A DNA stretch of 64,000 nt from Carpediemonas membranifera BICM (Eukaryota; Protista; Fornicata), in the NCBI GenBank assembly GCA_019828565.1, contig JAHDYR010000007.1, positions 231,600-295,599 on the forward strand. The letters are read 5' to 3'. The notes below the pieces were generated by a model. It was given only the letters and a program-made list of their open reading frames with translations. It was not told the origin of the DNA and ran no database searches. Below, in pieces: positions 1 to 11,825 of the stretch. Both the position numbers and the translations under genes were made by a program. How positions within the stretch are numbered: position 1 is the first letter of the stretch; each line of letters opens with the position of its first letter.

Positions 1-17
1 ATCTAGGCGTAGGCATC

Positions 18-3000
18 ATGCTGAGGAAGGAATTAGCTGAGCTCTGCACATACGTCGAGAACCAACCCCACTCTCCAAGGTTGATTCAAGCTGACCTAGG
101 CTGCGTGTTTGTAACAGCTGGCAAACTGAAGGTCCGTGTCATGTCCATCTATAGTCCATGCACGGGAGCACAAGCCAAGAAAGAGTTCCACACTCTACTG
201 TCCTCCGAGGTGAAGAAAGCTATTGAGCAAGGGCTCCAAGTTCTTGTCATGGGAGACTTCAACACGAACCTACTAGATCCATCGACGCTGTGGGCTACCA
301 CCCTAAAGGAGTGTGGCTTGAGACTGGTAGTGCCCGACGGCCCGACCTTCATGGACAGAGTAATTGATGGCATCGCAGCAACACCTAAGCTGGCTGATCT
401 CATCGAGAAGCCGCTCACAGTATCCCCTTGAACCCAAAGGACACAGAGCGGTTGTAGCAAGATCAGGCATAACGGGTTACTTTCGCACGAGGAGCAAGGC
501 AACAGCAGTCCTCAACGAAAGACATGTGGCTAACGTACTTGAATGCAGCAAGGATCATCGAAAGGCGAGGACTCTCCTGAGGAACATCAGCCACCTTGAT
601 GTCGACCAAGCCTTTCAAAGCCTGACGTCGACTATCAACCGATGGGCGTTGGTGGACACTGCGGCCTCACATGAAGTGAGAGAAGTCGAGAGAGCAGAAG
701 ACTACGACCACTGGTTTGTCGCCGGAGAGCAGATCGGTATTTCCCCTGAACGGCTCTATGAGCTCATCATTGAGGATCATCGCCACCAACATCAGCTCAA
801 GGAGAGGACGAGCAGAGGCCCCAAAGCTCTCGTGTGCTCTGAGCTATCATCAGCAATGCTATCAGTAGCGTTAGCATCCTCGGAGAGCCACGCCCACTCA
901 ACACTCAAAGCCTACCATGCCCGAGCCAAGCGAGTCTCTGAGAGCATGGATGTCATGTCCCCTGAATTCTTTAGATACGTCCATTGGAAGCTTTTTGAAG
1001 GGGCAGGCCAGAGTGTCTGGTCTTCGCAGAGACCTGGAAGGCTTACTCAGAGGACCCGGCCTTCCTGCTACCACCACAGTAGGAGGCAGAGTGATCACCA
1101 ACCGAGAAGAAGTAGCCAAGGCCTTCGAGGAGTGGTATGCGTCAGTATCATATGTGGCAGGAGCAGTAGAACCATCCATCTCTCGCCCCGATATAGAGCT
1201 CGAAATCACGGACACTCTCCTGGAAGGGGCTCTCAAATCTGCCAAGAATAGATCAGCCCCAGGCAGTGATGGACTAACCCCGGCAATTTTCAAATATAGC
1301 CCAGTCCTCAAGGAGGCGCTCAAGACTCTGCTACAGAAGTGCATTGACCAACTCAAGACCCCAGCAGAGTGGCATACCGCCGTGGTAATTCCATTGAAAA
1401 AGCCCGGCTCTACTAGCGATGCTCCTGTGGCGTTCAGACCTATCTCCCTACTTTCCACAGCCCACAAGGTGCTCGGCACAATGATGATCCGCACGATTGA
1501 CCGAGACAACCCTCTTCCCCCCTGAACAATACGGTGCAAGGCCGGGTGTTTCATCGGTTGATGCACTATGGGCTATTGAGCACGCGAGACGTGGGTTCAA
1601 AGCGACCCACATTGGGACTCTGGACGTGGCTAAGGCCTTTGACTGTGTCCCGAGGAGAGATGCATTGGACTCGTTGAGGGGGGAACAGAAGGGCCATTGA
1701 GATGTTGAAGGAGATGCATTTGCACACAAGGATCTCTATGCGAGGTAGCAGCACTAGCGCCGCTACCAACACAGGAGTACGGCAAGGATGCACCACTGCT
1801 CCCTTCATCTTCACAAGATACCTTGCGGAAGTCCCTCACATCATTGCAAGCTTAACCGCTCTAGGGAAGGAAGCAATTGAGAAGCTTCCTCCCGACATAG
1901 AGACCCTGAGACGAGTGGCAGCAAGGCCGTGCGTTCCCTGGATTGTCACAGTCCTGTTCGTTGATGACATTACAATAGTAGCTCCCTCCCTTAAGTGGTT
2001 GGAGGCAGCACTTACGGCGGCATGGACATGCATGCTAGCGCTATCCTTGGAGCCCAACGATAAGACCACCTATGTCTCAGAGGACGACACCCCCTCCCTC
2101 ACCATCCATGGCAATCCAGTCATTAAGAGAGACGCGGTCAAGCTCCTAGGGGTCCTCTTCGATACGTCCCGAGACTTCTCCACCCAGAATAGGACTATGG
2201 GCGAAAGGATAGACAGAGAGCTACGACTACTGAGAGCTAGCGGCGTGATGCACTCCAAGTTCTGTCCTCGCATTGTAGAGGTCTACACCCTCCCCAAGCT
2301 GCTGTACGGGTGGAGCGTCTGGGCTAATCATAAGGCTGTCTCCCAGGTAGGCAAGCTTGCATCGGCAGCCCTAAGGATCAGCCCAACTGCATCGGAGGCG
2401 AAGTACCTGGAGCTAGGCTGGCTGCATCCAGAGGCAATGCTCCTGCTGGACAGATTCAAGCAAGGGGTGAGATGGGCGAGAATCCATCCGGGCAAGGATC
2501 TCCCAGACTGCATTGCTGAGGCACAAGGCAGCCTTGGCCTGTCCCACTCCGACAGCCTTGACCTAGCAGCCTGTCGAGCAGCCCAGCTCTCTCACGACAT
2601 AATCTGCCGTGGTAACAAAGTGGCTGTCAGGAGATACGTCACGGAGTCGGCACTCACCCGCCCTTTTACCCGCTCTAACTACCCGGCCAGGCAGCCATAC
2701 CTCGACCATCTAACGGCTGGGCCAGCGAAGCGCCTCGCGATGCTACGGCTATCGTGTCTACCAATGCCAACGAGAGGGGCTCTTCCTGACGCGTGGCAGC
2801 CGGTCAGGGGAATCCTACAGGACCTGAAGGATGAACCGGAAGCCGCCGCAGCTCTTGAGGCATGTCCTCTCTGTCAGGGTGAGGCCATCGCCGCGGCTGT
2901 GATTGAGATCCTGACGTCCCCTACCAAGACCTTAGCAGTGCTGAGATCCAGGACGTGGGTTGTCCTGAACCAGACCCACTTGGCTAAGTGCGACCACTTC

Positions 3001-3099
3001 AAGATTAACCCCATCCTCCTTTTCAAGGACCCCCTGACCCTGAGCAGGCGTGACGACGCCAAGCTCACACATATGTTGAGTGTACTTTGTGACGCGTGA
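18..3099 (+). pseudogene. APE endonuclease-reverse transcriptase ORF2 of LINE 1, broken by about 4 frameshifts
   Basis: ORFs 18-431, 364-~900, 917-1525, 1497-1700 and 1702-3099 join into one APE-RT-CCHC polyprotein. Shifts at ~1520 (C run) and ~1680 (G run) are in homopolymers. Confidence 0.85.
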
Positions 3100-3441
3100 C
3101 TGGTAGGTTCCCTCGCTTACATAGGAAAACGCCACCGTCCTCCCCCGGTCTCAGGACCTCCTCGATCATCGTCCTGAGGGAGCCCCATCGGGCTCGGAGC
3201 ACAGAGTCCCGCAGCGCCAAGAGCTGGAAGTTGTGAGCTGGCCGACCCGCGTGGGTCATCTTTTTACCCTTCTTCGAAGGGGTTTTAGGCCCTCCTCTCC
3301 CTGCAGCTTCAGAACAGTACTCTTGGGCGCCGCAGCTCTGGCTTCCAATGTTATGAGAACCGTTGCCCTCCTGCGGCTGATCACCGCTCGTCTGGCTCGG
3401 GTTGTGGCCAGTGCCTGGAGGTGGACACCCCGGCACTGTAT

Positions 3442-3473
3442 CAAAAAATAAACTCAAAAACTCAAAAACTCAA
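3442..3473 (+). repeat. 3' tail of LINE 1, A-rich (AAAAACTC)n
   Basis: caaaaaataaactcaaaaactcaaaaactcaa directly before target DNA. Confidence 0.75.
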
Positions 3474-4688
3474 GTGTTGGGGTAGTGACTTAGTGACCTT
3501 TGCAAGCGTCTTTGTGCGACCAAGGAGCAGCTGGGCGTCCCCGTTTGCCTTGAACACGATGTCAGCGCTCGTCAGGTTGAAGATTTCAGCTCCGCGGCTC
3601 ACGGTCAGGTAAGCAATCGCGGCGAATAGTGTCGCTTGGTACGTCGCGATGTCGCTGTTCCTGGACTTGATGGCCCTGATCATGTCCTCCCTTGTGACTG
3701 GGGCTGACCCGCCTGTCATGCCGGTGGTGTTGGCGTTGTCTGCTATGCCTCTTCTGATTTGTGGACAGTAGGTGCTGGGGGTCCAGTCGGAAAAGAGTGG
3801 GGCGGCCTTCTCGATCCAGTATCCCTTTCGATCGACCGTGGCTGGTGCATTATACTCGGCCTCGTCCTCCAGGAAGGCTCGGTACTCATCGGTGTCGTCC
3901 TCGTGTGGGTCGCGGTACTCAAGGAATGCTGTAATCCATCCGGCTACTGAGCGCTTGGACTCGTCTCGGCGCATGTGAGACAGTATTGGGTGCTGCAGGA
4001 TTCTGGAGAACGTGTCCTGAAGGCGAGAGCTATGAAGCGGATGGTCCCGTTTGGCCTGGAGAGACGGTCTAGGAGTTGTTGGTCCTCTGATGCGAAGTCG
4101 TCTTTCGGTACTGAGAAGGGAATCTTGCATGTCGCGTGCGCCTTGAGTTGTTGGAGTTCGGGGCTCGTAATGTCTGGCACGACGAGGAAGCATGCTGAGG
4201 TCCACGAGTTCGGAGGGGATGTAGTCGGGGTCGTTAAGATCGGTAGGAGGGTCTGCCATGTCCGTCCCAAGGTCATCGGGGACGGGTGTGGCGCGGCATA
4301 AACGCGGTGTCCGCGCCAGTCCCTGAACAGGCCGTCCGGCCAGTGTTCGATGGTAAACCCTGGGAGGCGTAGAGTGCGGTCTGGGTGTGCTGTAGCGTCC
4401 ACGTCGACGGGGCCCCAAGTCTCGAGAATTGTCTCCAGCACGTGGGGTGGGGTGGACAACCCGCGTGACAGTCGGTCTGCGGCGAGATTGAGGTGGCCTG
4501 GGGTGTGTCGAGCGTGTATGAGGAGCTTCTTGCGTTCCATCTCCTTGTAGAGTATCCTGAGTGTCTGTAGCGCCATCGGGGGGCCTTTGAGCTGCCCTCC
4601 TTGTTGATCCAGGCGACGCACGAGCTGTTGTCTGAGAAGACCGTGAGATTGCGCTCTGAGTCCTGTGCTGGTATGATGCGTGAGCCAA
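3474..4688 (-). pseudogene. DIRS-a tyrosine recombinase, N-terminal part, interrupted by LINE 1
   Basis: GGSAPVT...AYLTVSRGAEI...LGRTKT; the missing C-terminus (HSFRKG...GTW...PY) is present in the second copy at 24155-24588. Confidence 0.85.
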
Positions 4689-5860
4689 AGAGGACTGCGG
4701 CGAGCTCCTTCACGTTGATAGATTGTTCCGCCAGTGCGCCCTTGAAAGAACCGTGGGAGTTCGCGGACGTGTTGGTCCACTGGGCTCCCCAGCCTGTGCC
4801 CGACGCATCTGTGGAAATAATCAGCTCTAGTTGCTGGTCCTGAGACCATAGGTTCTTCAACTCGGCGAAGGAGCGGGTTGGTCGGACGGCCAGGAGCTGC
4901 AGCCACTCCTTGAGGTCTGCTGTGTAGGGGTGGATGTCGACCCAGTTCTCCGTGGCAGAGGGGAGCGTGCGGAGCTTCAGGGTAGCCCGTCTTGCAGAGG
5001 TGGCGAAGAAGGAGAGCTTGCCTACGATCTTCGCCCAGTCTTTCGCGCGGATGCGCTTCTTGACGAGTGCTTCTGATAGGGCCTCTGCGTACCTCTTGGC
5101 CTTGTCGGCGGGGAGACGGATGGTGTTGGACGTGGTGTTCAGGAGCAGGCCAAGGAATTCTATGCACTGGCACGGTGTTAAGATGCACTTCTCCAGCGAC
5201 GGGATGAGGCCCAGTGCCTCCATCGTCTTGATGATCTTGGGTATTTCCTTGCTGAGGTGGTCTCTGCTGTCGGCTGACAGTAAGAAGTCGTCGAGGTAGA
5301 CGTTGACGATTACCTTGTGGCGGAGGGCGATGACCTTTGCTACCTGGACCATAGCGGACTGGAAGAAATAAGGCGCGGCGGTCCAACCGAAGCCTAGCGT
5401 GCGGTATTGGAACGCCCGACCGTCGGGCAGAGCGATGCCCAGGAGCGGTTTGTCCGAGTCTCTGATGGCCAGCTGTGAGTAGCCGGATCTTAGGTCTATC
5501 TTGGCCATCCAGGCCTGGCTGGAGAGTGTGTTGATGGCACGACGTATGCCGAACAGACGGAAGGAGCGGCGTTCGCGTGTGACCGTGTTCAGCCGCCTCA
5601 GGTCGTGGATCACTCTTATGTCTTCCCCCTTGGGGACAGCAAACAGCGGGGCGCTGTGCTTGAGCTGACTGAGGGGCGTCGGCTCGATGATTCCTTGTTG
5701 TGTCATTGATTCGAGCTTCGGAAGTATCCTCGGGTCGATGGTCCTCTGTGGGGCTGCCGGTGGTGGAGGCGCTGTGATCTCGACGGGGATTCCGTCTCGT
5801 ACCCGCGCTACTACTGCTGGAGCTACCCTGAATTGTTCCCACACCCGCCATCGCGAACGG
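3944..5860 (-). pseudogene. DIRS-a RT-RNase H-methyltransferase-like ORF, one frameshift at ~4580
   Basis: ORF 4273-5844 (RT and RH N-part) continues in the frame of ORF 3944-6028 after a G/C run; WGPVDVDA...DW...VYAAP MT-like tail. Confidence 0.85.
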
Positions 5861-5873
5861 GTTGATGGGAATA

Positions 5874-6446
5874 TTAGGAGCGGGCCCGGCGGCCGACGCT
5901 GCTGGAGCCCTGCTCCTGAAAATTCCGACGCTTACGCTTGCCCTTAGTCTTGGCCTTAGCGAGGATCGTCTCGATCTCCATCTCAGACTTCGGGGGCGTG
6001 GCTCGCAGGGCTGCAGTGGCGTAGTCACAGACGTTGTCGTCGTAGTCGTCCTTGAGGAGAAGGACCTTGAACCGGCTCAGGAGACGGAGCAGTAGATCGT
6101 TCACGTCGAGTGAGTGCGGGTCCGCGGTCGTCAGGAGACGCATGATCTCGCGTAGGAACTTGGCTTCGTCGCGGGGCCCGTACCTCTTGGGGAGCTCCAA
6201 ATCGAACAAGAAGGACGGAAAGCCTTGGAAGGTTCCCTGGGTTGCTTGCTCATCGGTTTCTAGCTCGTACTCTTCTTGTTCTACCTCCCTCTGGATGGAT
6301 CTTTCCTCGATGTTCTCCATCTTCGTTTTCATGAACTCCAATGTGGCAGTTACGTTGTTGGTAAACTTTCGGAACTCTTCCTGGGATACAGGAGGTTCTG
6401 CGGACGTGCCCGATGTGCCTTCGGGCATTCGAAATTCTGATGCCAT
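5874..6446 (-). CDS. DIRS-a gag-like ORF1
   Basis: LP...G.RDEAKFLRE motif shared with the ORF1s at 9851, 20997 and 23334; basic C-terminus; lies upstream of RT. Confidence 0.75.
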   Translation of the reverse strand: MASEFRMPEGTSGTSAEPPVSQEEFRKFTNNVTATLEFMKTKMENIEERSIQREVEQEEYELETDEQATQGTFQGFPSFLFDLELPKRYGPRDEAKFLREIMRLLTTADPHSLDVNDLLLRLLSRFKVLLLKDDYDDNVCDYATAALRATPPKSEMEIETILAKAKTKGKRKRRNFQEQGSSSVGRRARS

Positions 6447-7044
6447 AAACTGCACGTTTCCGTGCGCCCTCTCGGGCGTCTCAGCACCCCGGGTGCCAAT
6501 GGGCTCGAGTGGTGCTCCTTCATCAGCTCGACGATGGCCGCTTCGGAGCACAGCGTATCAAACACTGTCTCTACATTGCACCAACGTGCGTCAATGAACT
6601 CAGCATTGACGAATTTCGCGTAGTCGGTACGAACAGTCTGCAGCAGAAGCTGTACGTCCCGAGCAAGTTTTCGCGCCAATCGGACGTTATGGAAACTCTC
6701 ATCGCCATCTGGCCTCCAGGATCAGCCTGGGGCGCAGAAAATGACGACATTTCCATTTTCGGGAGGGAGCAAACTTTTATGTAATCAACGACAAACTGTC
6801 TAGCGAGCGGCGAGGCGCAGCCGCTAGCTGTCCTAGCCTCTAGACATACTTGCTCTACCCAACGGGGATATCCCACCGGCAACGAGCATAGTGGAATGGC
6901 TTGCAGGCACGCTTGCGAGCCCAAACCGACCGTCTCCTCGAGAGACCGCGTCAAAGAATGTCTGTTGTGGCTTACATCTGCCGTTGTAACGCGTGTCAGC
7001 CCCACCCTACCTAGCTCTCCCAGCCACTAGCTCCCGTCAGAGAT

Positions 7045-7950
7045 TTAAAGTGGTGGTTGGAGAAGGATGGAGGCCAGGTGTCCCTGGACCCCCGGGTGTG
7101 TGCGGACCCCGTCGCCCATATATCTCAGCATGCTTTTCGTGGAGGCCCACGTCCCCATGGACAGGAGGACTTCGGTACTCGTGTGGGCTACCGCCAACTC
7201 CGTGGTGGCGCCCTTGCGGAATGAGTGCCACGAAATGTCGGTGCCGTACGCCTGGTGGATCCAGTGGCGGAGGGTTGACGCCGGTAGCGGATTCGATAGT
7301 GAAATACCACCGGTTGAGGTGATCGCCCGCCAGATGAGGTCGTCGTCGCGGCGCGTTGCCGTGGGGACCCATGCCTTCAGGGCCCTTGCTGGGTTAAAGC
7401 GGGCCCACGATTGGTTTGGTACCAGCTTGCGGACGCCTGTGGCAGTCTTAGTTCTCGCGAACAGAAGGAGGGCATTGCCATCAGCGTCGAACTCGACGTC
7501 TCTTCGTCTGAGCCCAAAGATCTCTGCGCCTCTACTCACGGTGATAAAGCAGAGAGCAGAAAAAGAGGGCGGCCTGGAAGGCTTGGGGTGACTTCCGACG
7601 TCTGTCTATGACCCTGCGGACTCTCGCGGACGTGACAGGCTTCGCACCCCCGGTCAGGCCTTCTACAGAGGCGACGTTCCGGGCGGCGGCGATTATCTGC
7701 TTGGCAGCGGTCGGGGGGCGCCAGTCAGACACGAGTGGGGCGGCCTCGCAAATCCAGTAGCCTTTCCTGTGTATCGACTGTGGGCCCGACGTGGTACCCT
7801 CGGTCAGAAGGAACTCTTTGAGCTGTTGCGCGTGTGAGTGGCTCGCGTTGCGGGATTGGAGGAATTTGGCGACCCAGCCCGCTGCTGTGCGGCGCGACGA
7901 TTCGTTTCTGAAATGTGATAGTCGGTCGTCAGCGAGGAGGGCTTGGAACG
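7045..7950 (-). pseudogene. DIRS-b tyrosine recombinase (frameshift ~7540)
   Basis: Catalytic set SRGAE, TKT, HSFRKG, GTW, RY; N-part in ORF 7532-9427. Confidence 0.88.
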
Positions 7951-9821
7951 GGTCCTCAGGATAAGCGCCACGAAGCGGATCTTGCCCTTGTCTGTCGCTG
8001 TCCAGGCTAGCTCGGACTGCAGGAGGTGTTTCGCCTGGACTCTGAGGTACAACTTGAGGGGTGTCAAACGTTTGATGGCTCGGACCTCGGGCGAGTTGAG
8101 GTCCGGGCACAGGAATATCGCCGCTGATCTCCAGTGTCGAGGGTTCCCAGTCTGGGTCGAGGCGCGTATTGTCTGGAGGCGACGACACGTCACTCCAAGA
8201 AGGGCTATAGGAGGAGCTATATAAATCCTGACTCCCCTCCAGTCCATCTGGAAGCCGTTGTCGTGGATTGACCAGGCTATTTCTGCAAAGCCTGGTAAGG
8301 CCAGAACCTTGTCGGGGCGTGTTGTGACGTCGATCTCGACCGGCCCCCACTTGCGCATGATGGTTTCCAAGACTTCTCGGGGTGACGACCAGTCGAGCTT
8401 GGCGAACCTGGAGAGCCTGTCCGCCTGGACGTTCAGGTGTCCGGCAATATGGAAGCAGTGGACGTCGAGGCGCTTGGTTTCTGCCGTGTTGTAGATGTCC
8501 TGTAGGATCTGGTGTGCGGCTGGGGGGAGGTTCGGCGATCCCCGTCTGTTTACCCAGCTGATGGCAGCTGAGTTGTCGGCAAAGACTGTGAGAGAGGAGC
8601 GTGACTCCTGCTGGGGCACGAGATTGATCGCCTGAGCGATCGCGAAGAGCTCCTTGACGCCAATGTGTTCCCCCTTGAGATGAGGGGGGAAGGCACCCTG
8701 TGATGCCGCTCCCTTCTCCCCATTGAACAGGCATGCTCCCCAGCCGGACGTTGATGCGTCTGAGGTGACAGAAATCTGGAGCGTATCGCGTATTTCCCAG
8801 TCCGCTCTTGCTTCGGCGAACCTCTTGGGTGGGCGATCGCGGAGGAGGACTTGCCACGCCGCCAGCTGCCTGCGGATTTGGCTGGAGAGGTGGACGGTCT
8901 CCGTTGTAGGGGTGGCCTGCAGTGGTCTGAGTGCGAGGCGGGCGAACTGTGTGGTCCCTGCGAAGAATGACAGACGGCCTAGGAGCTTCTGCCAGTCTGA
9001 AGCTGTGATGGACCCGACCCGGAGGGCCTTGGAGATCGTGGCCGTGTAGGCCTCGGCCTTGTCTTTTGAGATTCTTAGGGACTCGCTTGCGGTGTCTATG
9101 TGGACACCTAGGTAGTCTACCTGCTGGGTCGGCGTGAGGACGCACTTGTTGAGGCCCGGTATCGCCCCCAGCGATAGCATGAGGTCGATGATCTGCGGGG
9201 TGACCGAAGCTAGGTACGATGGGGAGGCATGGGACACTAAGAAGTCGTCGAGATAGACCGCGATGGTCACCCCGAACCTGTGTGCGATGATCTTTGCAAG
9301 CTGTATGGTCGTGCTCTGGAACACGTACGGCGCCGCTGTCCATCCGAAGCCGAGTGTGTTGTACCTGAATGCGCGGCCGTCCGGTAGGACCACGCCTAGG
9401 AGGGGGAGTCTCGCGAGGCGACGCCAAGTTGGTGGTATCCCGATGCTAGGTCTATCTTGATCATGTAGTCGTTCTTGTGCAGATTGCGGACCGCCCGTCT
9501 GATGCCGAACAGACGAAACACCCTCAGCTCTGCTGTCAACTCGTTCAGGGCTCGGAGGTCGTGCACGGGGCGGACATCGTCTTTGCCCTTCGACACCGCG
9601 AACAGGGGTGCGCTGTGACGCAGTTCGTCTATCGGGCACGGGGAGAGGACGCCCTTGGCGACTAGCTCTTCGATCTTCGGGAGTAGGCGGGGGTCCACTC
9701 GCCTTTGCGGTTCTGGTGGAGGGGGCGCAGAGGTGAGGTGGATAGGGACGCCATCCCGCAGCCAGCTTACTACCTCGGGGGAGGCACCGAGTCTTGCCCA
9801 CACCGGCCACTTTTTGTTCAT
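7804..9821 (-). pseudogene. DIRS-b RT-RNase H-MT-like ORF (frameshift ~9420)
   Basis: VHDLR, KIDLASGY, VYLDDF, SDASTSGWG, ADNSAA, ADRLSR, WGPVEID...GFQMDW...YIAPP. Confidence 0.88.
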
Positions 9822-9850
9822 TGACGGGAACTGAACATCTGTGGCAAGGG

Positions 9851-10378
9851 CTACTTCTTGTGCTTCTTGTGAAACCCCCCTTTGTTCTGGGGCTGGTCCT
9901 TTCTCTTACCCTTGGCTCTGGCTTTGGCTGCGCAGTAGGAGATGGCACGGGGGGTTTTGGTCTGGGACGTGTTGAACAAGTCGAGAAACAGTTCGCAGGT
10001 TGCGTCCGACCAGTTGTCGTCCTTGAGGTCCAGAAGGGTACGGCGTGCTTGGAGTTCCACCAGGAGTCTTGCTTTGAGCGGCTCGTCGTCGAGGGCGTTG
10101 ACGATCACCATCACGCGGCGAAGCCACTTTGCTTCCGCCTTAAGTGGTCTCTTTGTCGGAAGCTCGCCGTATGCATCCATCTCTGCCAGTGTTTGGTCAA
10201 TATCCGCTTCATCTTGTTCAGGGAAGAAATCAATTTGGGATTCCTTCGGCGGCTCGGTCTCGGGCGGCGGAGGAGGCGGATTAAGCTTTGCAAGCTGTTG
10301 CGAGATGGTAGCGATTGAGGCTTCTAGGTTATTGAGCCTCGTTGCCGTCGGATCTGGATGTTCCGAATTTTCTACCAT
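9851..10378 (-). CDS. DIRS-b gag-like ORF1
   Basis: LPTKRPLKAEAKWL...LKDDNW; similar to the other DIRS ORF1s in the window. Confidence 0.75.
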   Translation of the reverse strand: MVENSEHPDPTATRLNNLEASIATISQQLAKLNPPPPPPETEPPKESQIDFFPEQDEADIDQTLAEMDAYGELPTKRPLKAEAKWLRRVMVIVNALDDEPLKARLLVELQARRTLLDLKDDNWSDATCELFLDLFNTSQTKTPRAISYCAAKARAKGKRKDQPQNKGGFHKKHKK

Positions 10379-10758
10379 TCTACCCGCATAAACTGCGCGG
10401 CTCGCCTGGTCGGCGCATCACCATGCCGGAGCGAGGCGATCTCATTGCCCTCCGCTCACGGCCCGTTACCCGAGGTAACCTGTCAGCGCGATGTAACGCC
10501 AGCGCGATGTCTGACACATCCGCACTAGCTCATCCGCTGTGCAAACCAATGGGGAGGTCCCGCCCGTCACGAGCGACTCGAGGCTATCTCCACCCGAGAT
10601 TGAAAGAAAATGAAAGAGACAAAAGAATGAGCATGGGCGTCCTAACATAGCCGATGTAGCGGTTGTGGCTGATCTAGGCACCGCTTTGTGTGTTATCGCA
10701 GTTTCGCAGGATATGCTCAATGACGATGCGCGAATGGGGAAACTGCGGTTCTTCGCAG

Positions 10759-10943
10759 TGTTCTCGCGAACGGAGACAACAAAGGCAAAGCTGGCGAAGA
10801 GTGATTTAAAATTCGACACAAGGGTGTCGAATTTGACCGGGCGAGACCAAATCACAGGAGCGAATCAACCCCGGGGAATTACATATTGCATATGTAACAC
10901 GTAAACACCCCGGGCAACAGCTCGATACTCCTCGCTTATAACA
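10759..10943 (-). repeat. Gypsy A 3' LTR
   Basis: Direct repeat of 18875-19059. Confidence 0.95.
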
Positions 10944-10951
10944 CTACTCGC

Positions 10952-11772
10952 TTAGAGCTGGAGACCGGGATGGTCCGCCAGGTAGGCGTCGAGCGCGGCG
11001 AGGTCGCGGACCTCGGCATACGGGAGCCATTCATCAAAGTCGGCGGAATACCCTGCCCAGCGGACGAGGAACCGGTGTTGGCGGCGGCGACGGCCGAGAC
11101 GGTGGTCGACAATGGCCTCAACGGTGTACTCCTGGGGGTCGCGTGCGGCGATGTCGCGGAGGTCGGCGTTGGAGTATTGGCCGTTAAAGGGGAAGACCCT
11201 GGACAGATGGAATGTCTCCAACTTGTCTTGTGAGTTGCTTGGTGAGCTTGGCCGTGAAGTGTGATCCCTGGTCAGAGCGGAGGTGGACTGGGCAACCGTA
11301 CCGTCCGGCCAGGGCGATGATGCCGTCTGCGGCAGACTCGGCGGTGCAGTTTGGTGTGGCGTATAGCTCGACGAAGCGGCTGAAGCAATCGATCATGACG
11401 AGCACGTACCGAGCACCGTGGTCTCCCTCGGGCAAGGGCCCGAGGAAATCGATGGCCCAGGTATGCATCGGGTGAGGCGCGATGGTGACCTGCGGCTTAA
11501 AGGCGTATCCTCTCTTATGAGTGTCGCGAGTGGTCTGGCAGGTTGCGCATGTACGGACGGCGCTGCGGCAGAAGTTCATGACCTCCCGGTCCGACACAAG
11601 CGAAGGGACGAGGGGGCGCATGCGCTCATACGTCTGCGTTACGCCACTGTGTCCAACCACGATGTTGTGGGCGCGGTCAAACGCAGCCCTGAGGTCCGGA
11701 TCCGTTGATTGGGAGCGAAGGCAGCGTGACAGGCAGTCGGCAACAACATTCTGCACCCCAGGGATGTGGGTC
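10952..11772 (-). pseudogene. Gypsy A integrase (internally deleted) and chromodomain
   Basis: HHCC, WAIDF and SDQG are present, but the NG.VER segment is missing (junction ~11222); then YTVEAIVDHR...FLVRWAGY. Confidence 0.85.
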
Positions 11773-11825
11773 TGTGGTATGGATAGAACAGCTAGCGAAA
11801 GAGGTTTAATCAATTGATTGGGACA
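11773..11825 (-). repeat. Gypsy B 3' LTR (53 bp)
   Basis: TGT...ACA, identical to 16244-16296, preceded by PPT. Confidence 0.95.

Larger units (their letters stand above)
1..3473 (+). mobile_element. Non-LTR (LINE-like, APE-RT) retrotransposon 1; 5' end outside window; inserted into the YR gene of a DIRS element
   Basis: APE motifs (SIYSP, MGDFN, TF...IDGI), RT motifs (APGSDG, FRPISLL, LDVAKAFD, GVRQG, FVDDI) and C-terminal CPLC. The 3' end has a stem-loop then an (AAAAACTC)n tail abutting DIRS YR sequence that matches 24520 onward. Confidence 0.9.
3474..6780 (-). mobile_element. DIRS-like tyrosine-recombinase retrotransposon, family a, copy 1 (5' boundary approximate; YR cut by LINE 1)
   Basis: gag-like ORF, RT (IHDLR, KIDLRSGY, VYLDDF), RNase H (TDASGTGWG, ELAAV, SDNSS, ADRLSR), MT-like region and overlapping YR (VSRGAE, TKT). 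Confidence 0.9.
6781..10758 (-). mobile_element. DIRS-like retrotransposon, family b (ends approximate; upstream region interrupted by Gypsy A and resuming at 19060)
   Basis: Complete gag / RT-RH-MT / YR set. Confidence 0.88.

Noticed and set aside
6519-6526. CTGATGA on the minus strand with a downstream GAAA, as a hammerhead ribozyme
   Set aside because: I could not build stems I-III around the core; the GAAA is the loop of a simple hairpin.
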